From positions 15,286,974 through 15,325,767 of the forward strand of contig MU054187.1 in NCBI GenBank assembly GCA_013239625.1: DNA of 38,794 nt, in the 5' to 3' direction. Within the stretch, counting starts at the first letter, position 1. Each line of letters begins with the position of its first letter. The translations under genes and the position numbers were made by a program. The stretch is from Lama guanicoe (Eukaryota). The notes beneath the pieces are model-generated. The model had not been told where the DNA came from. It ran no database searches and saw only the letters and a program-made list of their open reading frames with translations. Positions 37,687 through 38,794 of the stretch are shown piece after piece.

Positions 37687-38794
37687 GAGAAGAGGCAAGG
37701 TGGCGGAGTAGAAGGTCGCTCGTAAGTCACCCTCTCCCACAAATACACCAAGACCCACATCTACAGACCCACTCAGCCAACCAGAGCACCTGCGGAACTC
37801 TGACAGAACATCGCCCTCTTCAAAAGATAAAGACGCCAAAAATCTGGTAGGAGAAAAGGAAAAAAGAAAGAACAAAAGGCAAAGCAGCGCGGGATGGGTC
37901 CCGCGGGGAGGGAGCCACAAAGGAGGACTGGCGCTAGCTCGCTGGGTCTCCCCTCTCCAACTGAGAGGCCAGCGGGATGGAGGGGGAGCCTCCGAGGCTC
38001 GGATCTGTACAGAGCAGCCCTTGTCTGACAGAACTAAGTTAAACGGGCACAGAGCGTCCCCCCGACACCCAGCCTGAGACGCGGGCCAGCAGTAGCGGGC
38101 AGGGCCAAGCTGCACAAGCCAGGCGGAGGACAGGGGCGGCTGCAAGGAGGCAGCTCCGGGGGACTGCAAGGGGCTGGGCGCCGTGGCTGTGGGTGCACAG
38201 GGCAGAACAACCTGGGCCCTCCATAAAACAGCAAGGTTGATGTGCTCTCGGGGGAAGGGTGCATACCCCCATCTCTGAAAACCCGCGGAAACTTTTCAGG
38301 GGAAGAGNNNNNNNNNNNNNNNNNNNNNNNNNNNNNNNNNNNNNNNNNNNNNNNNNNNNNNNNNNNNNNNNNNNNNNNNNNNNNNNNNNNNNNNNNNNNN
38401 NNNNNNNNNNNNNNNNNNNNNNNNNNNNNNNNNNNNNNNNNNNNNNNNNNNNNNNNNNNNNNNNNNNNNNNNNNNNNNNNNNNNNNNNNNNNNNNNNNNN
38501 NNNNNNNNNNNNNNNNNNNNNNNNNNNNNNNNNNNNNNNNNNNNNNNNNNNNNNNNNNNNNNNNNNNNNNNNNNNNNNNNNNNNNNNNNNNNNNNNNNNN
38601 NNNNNNNNNNNNNNNNNNNNNNNNNNNNNNNNNNNNNNNNNNNNNNNNNNNNNNNNNNNNNNNNNNNAGCAGAGGAGCATCTGACCCCGTGTTAGGAGGA
38701 GGCGCGATCTGCTTGCCGACAGGTGCTGGGAGCAGCACAGAAGAGGGCGCCAACGGAGGGCCTCTGAAAACAAGCTGAGCTTCCAAACCAAAAC
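37687..38794 (+). mobile_element. 5' UTR / internal promoter of a young, probably full-length LINE-1 running off the window
   Basis: Abrupt switch to GC/CpG-rich sequence starting gagaagaggcaaggtggcggagtag, the usual L1 5' end with a YY1-like box. Confidence 0.8.
38308..38667. other. Assembly gap (360 N)
   Basis: Run of N. Confidence 1.

Noticed and set aside
37675..38791. Long ORFs of 141-250 aa at the right end, possibly ORF0-like
   Set aside because: They arise from GC-rich L1 5' UTR sequence and translation through 360 Ns. No recognisable domain.

Overview
This is mammalian genomic DNA holding the complete coding region of PI15 (peptidase inhibitor 15, CAP/SCP superfamily) on the + strand. 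Five coding exons (202-474, 19348-19466, 20484-20616, 20736-20851, 24717-24852) splice at GT-AG junctions into an intact 777-nt, 258-aa ORF. The window starts inside an upstream intron, so the first exon and promoter are not included. A roughly 5.7-kb 3' UTR probably ends just after AATAAA at 30559-30564. The rest is intron and downstream DNA with old MIR, L2 and MER58A remnants and several LINE-1 pieces, two of them with clear target-site duplications. The right end has a multi-layer L1 nest followed by a 360-N assembly gap. The L1 3' ends and the lack of any recognisable Alu, B1/B2, Bov-A or PRE-1 SINE suggest a cetartiodactyl, possibly a camelid (inference). I found no convincing new biological system. 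The best leads are regulatory: five miR-29 seed sites in the 3' UTR, a sense L1 with triple AATAAA just before the last exon, tandem acceptors that gate an open upstream reading frame, and an inverted (CA)n/(TG)n pair in the 3' UTR. Repeat boundaries and subfamily names were judged by eye and are approximate.
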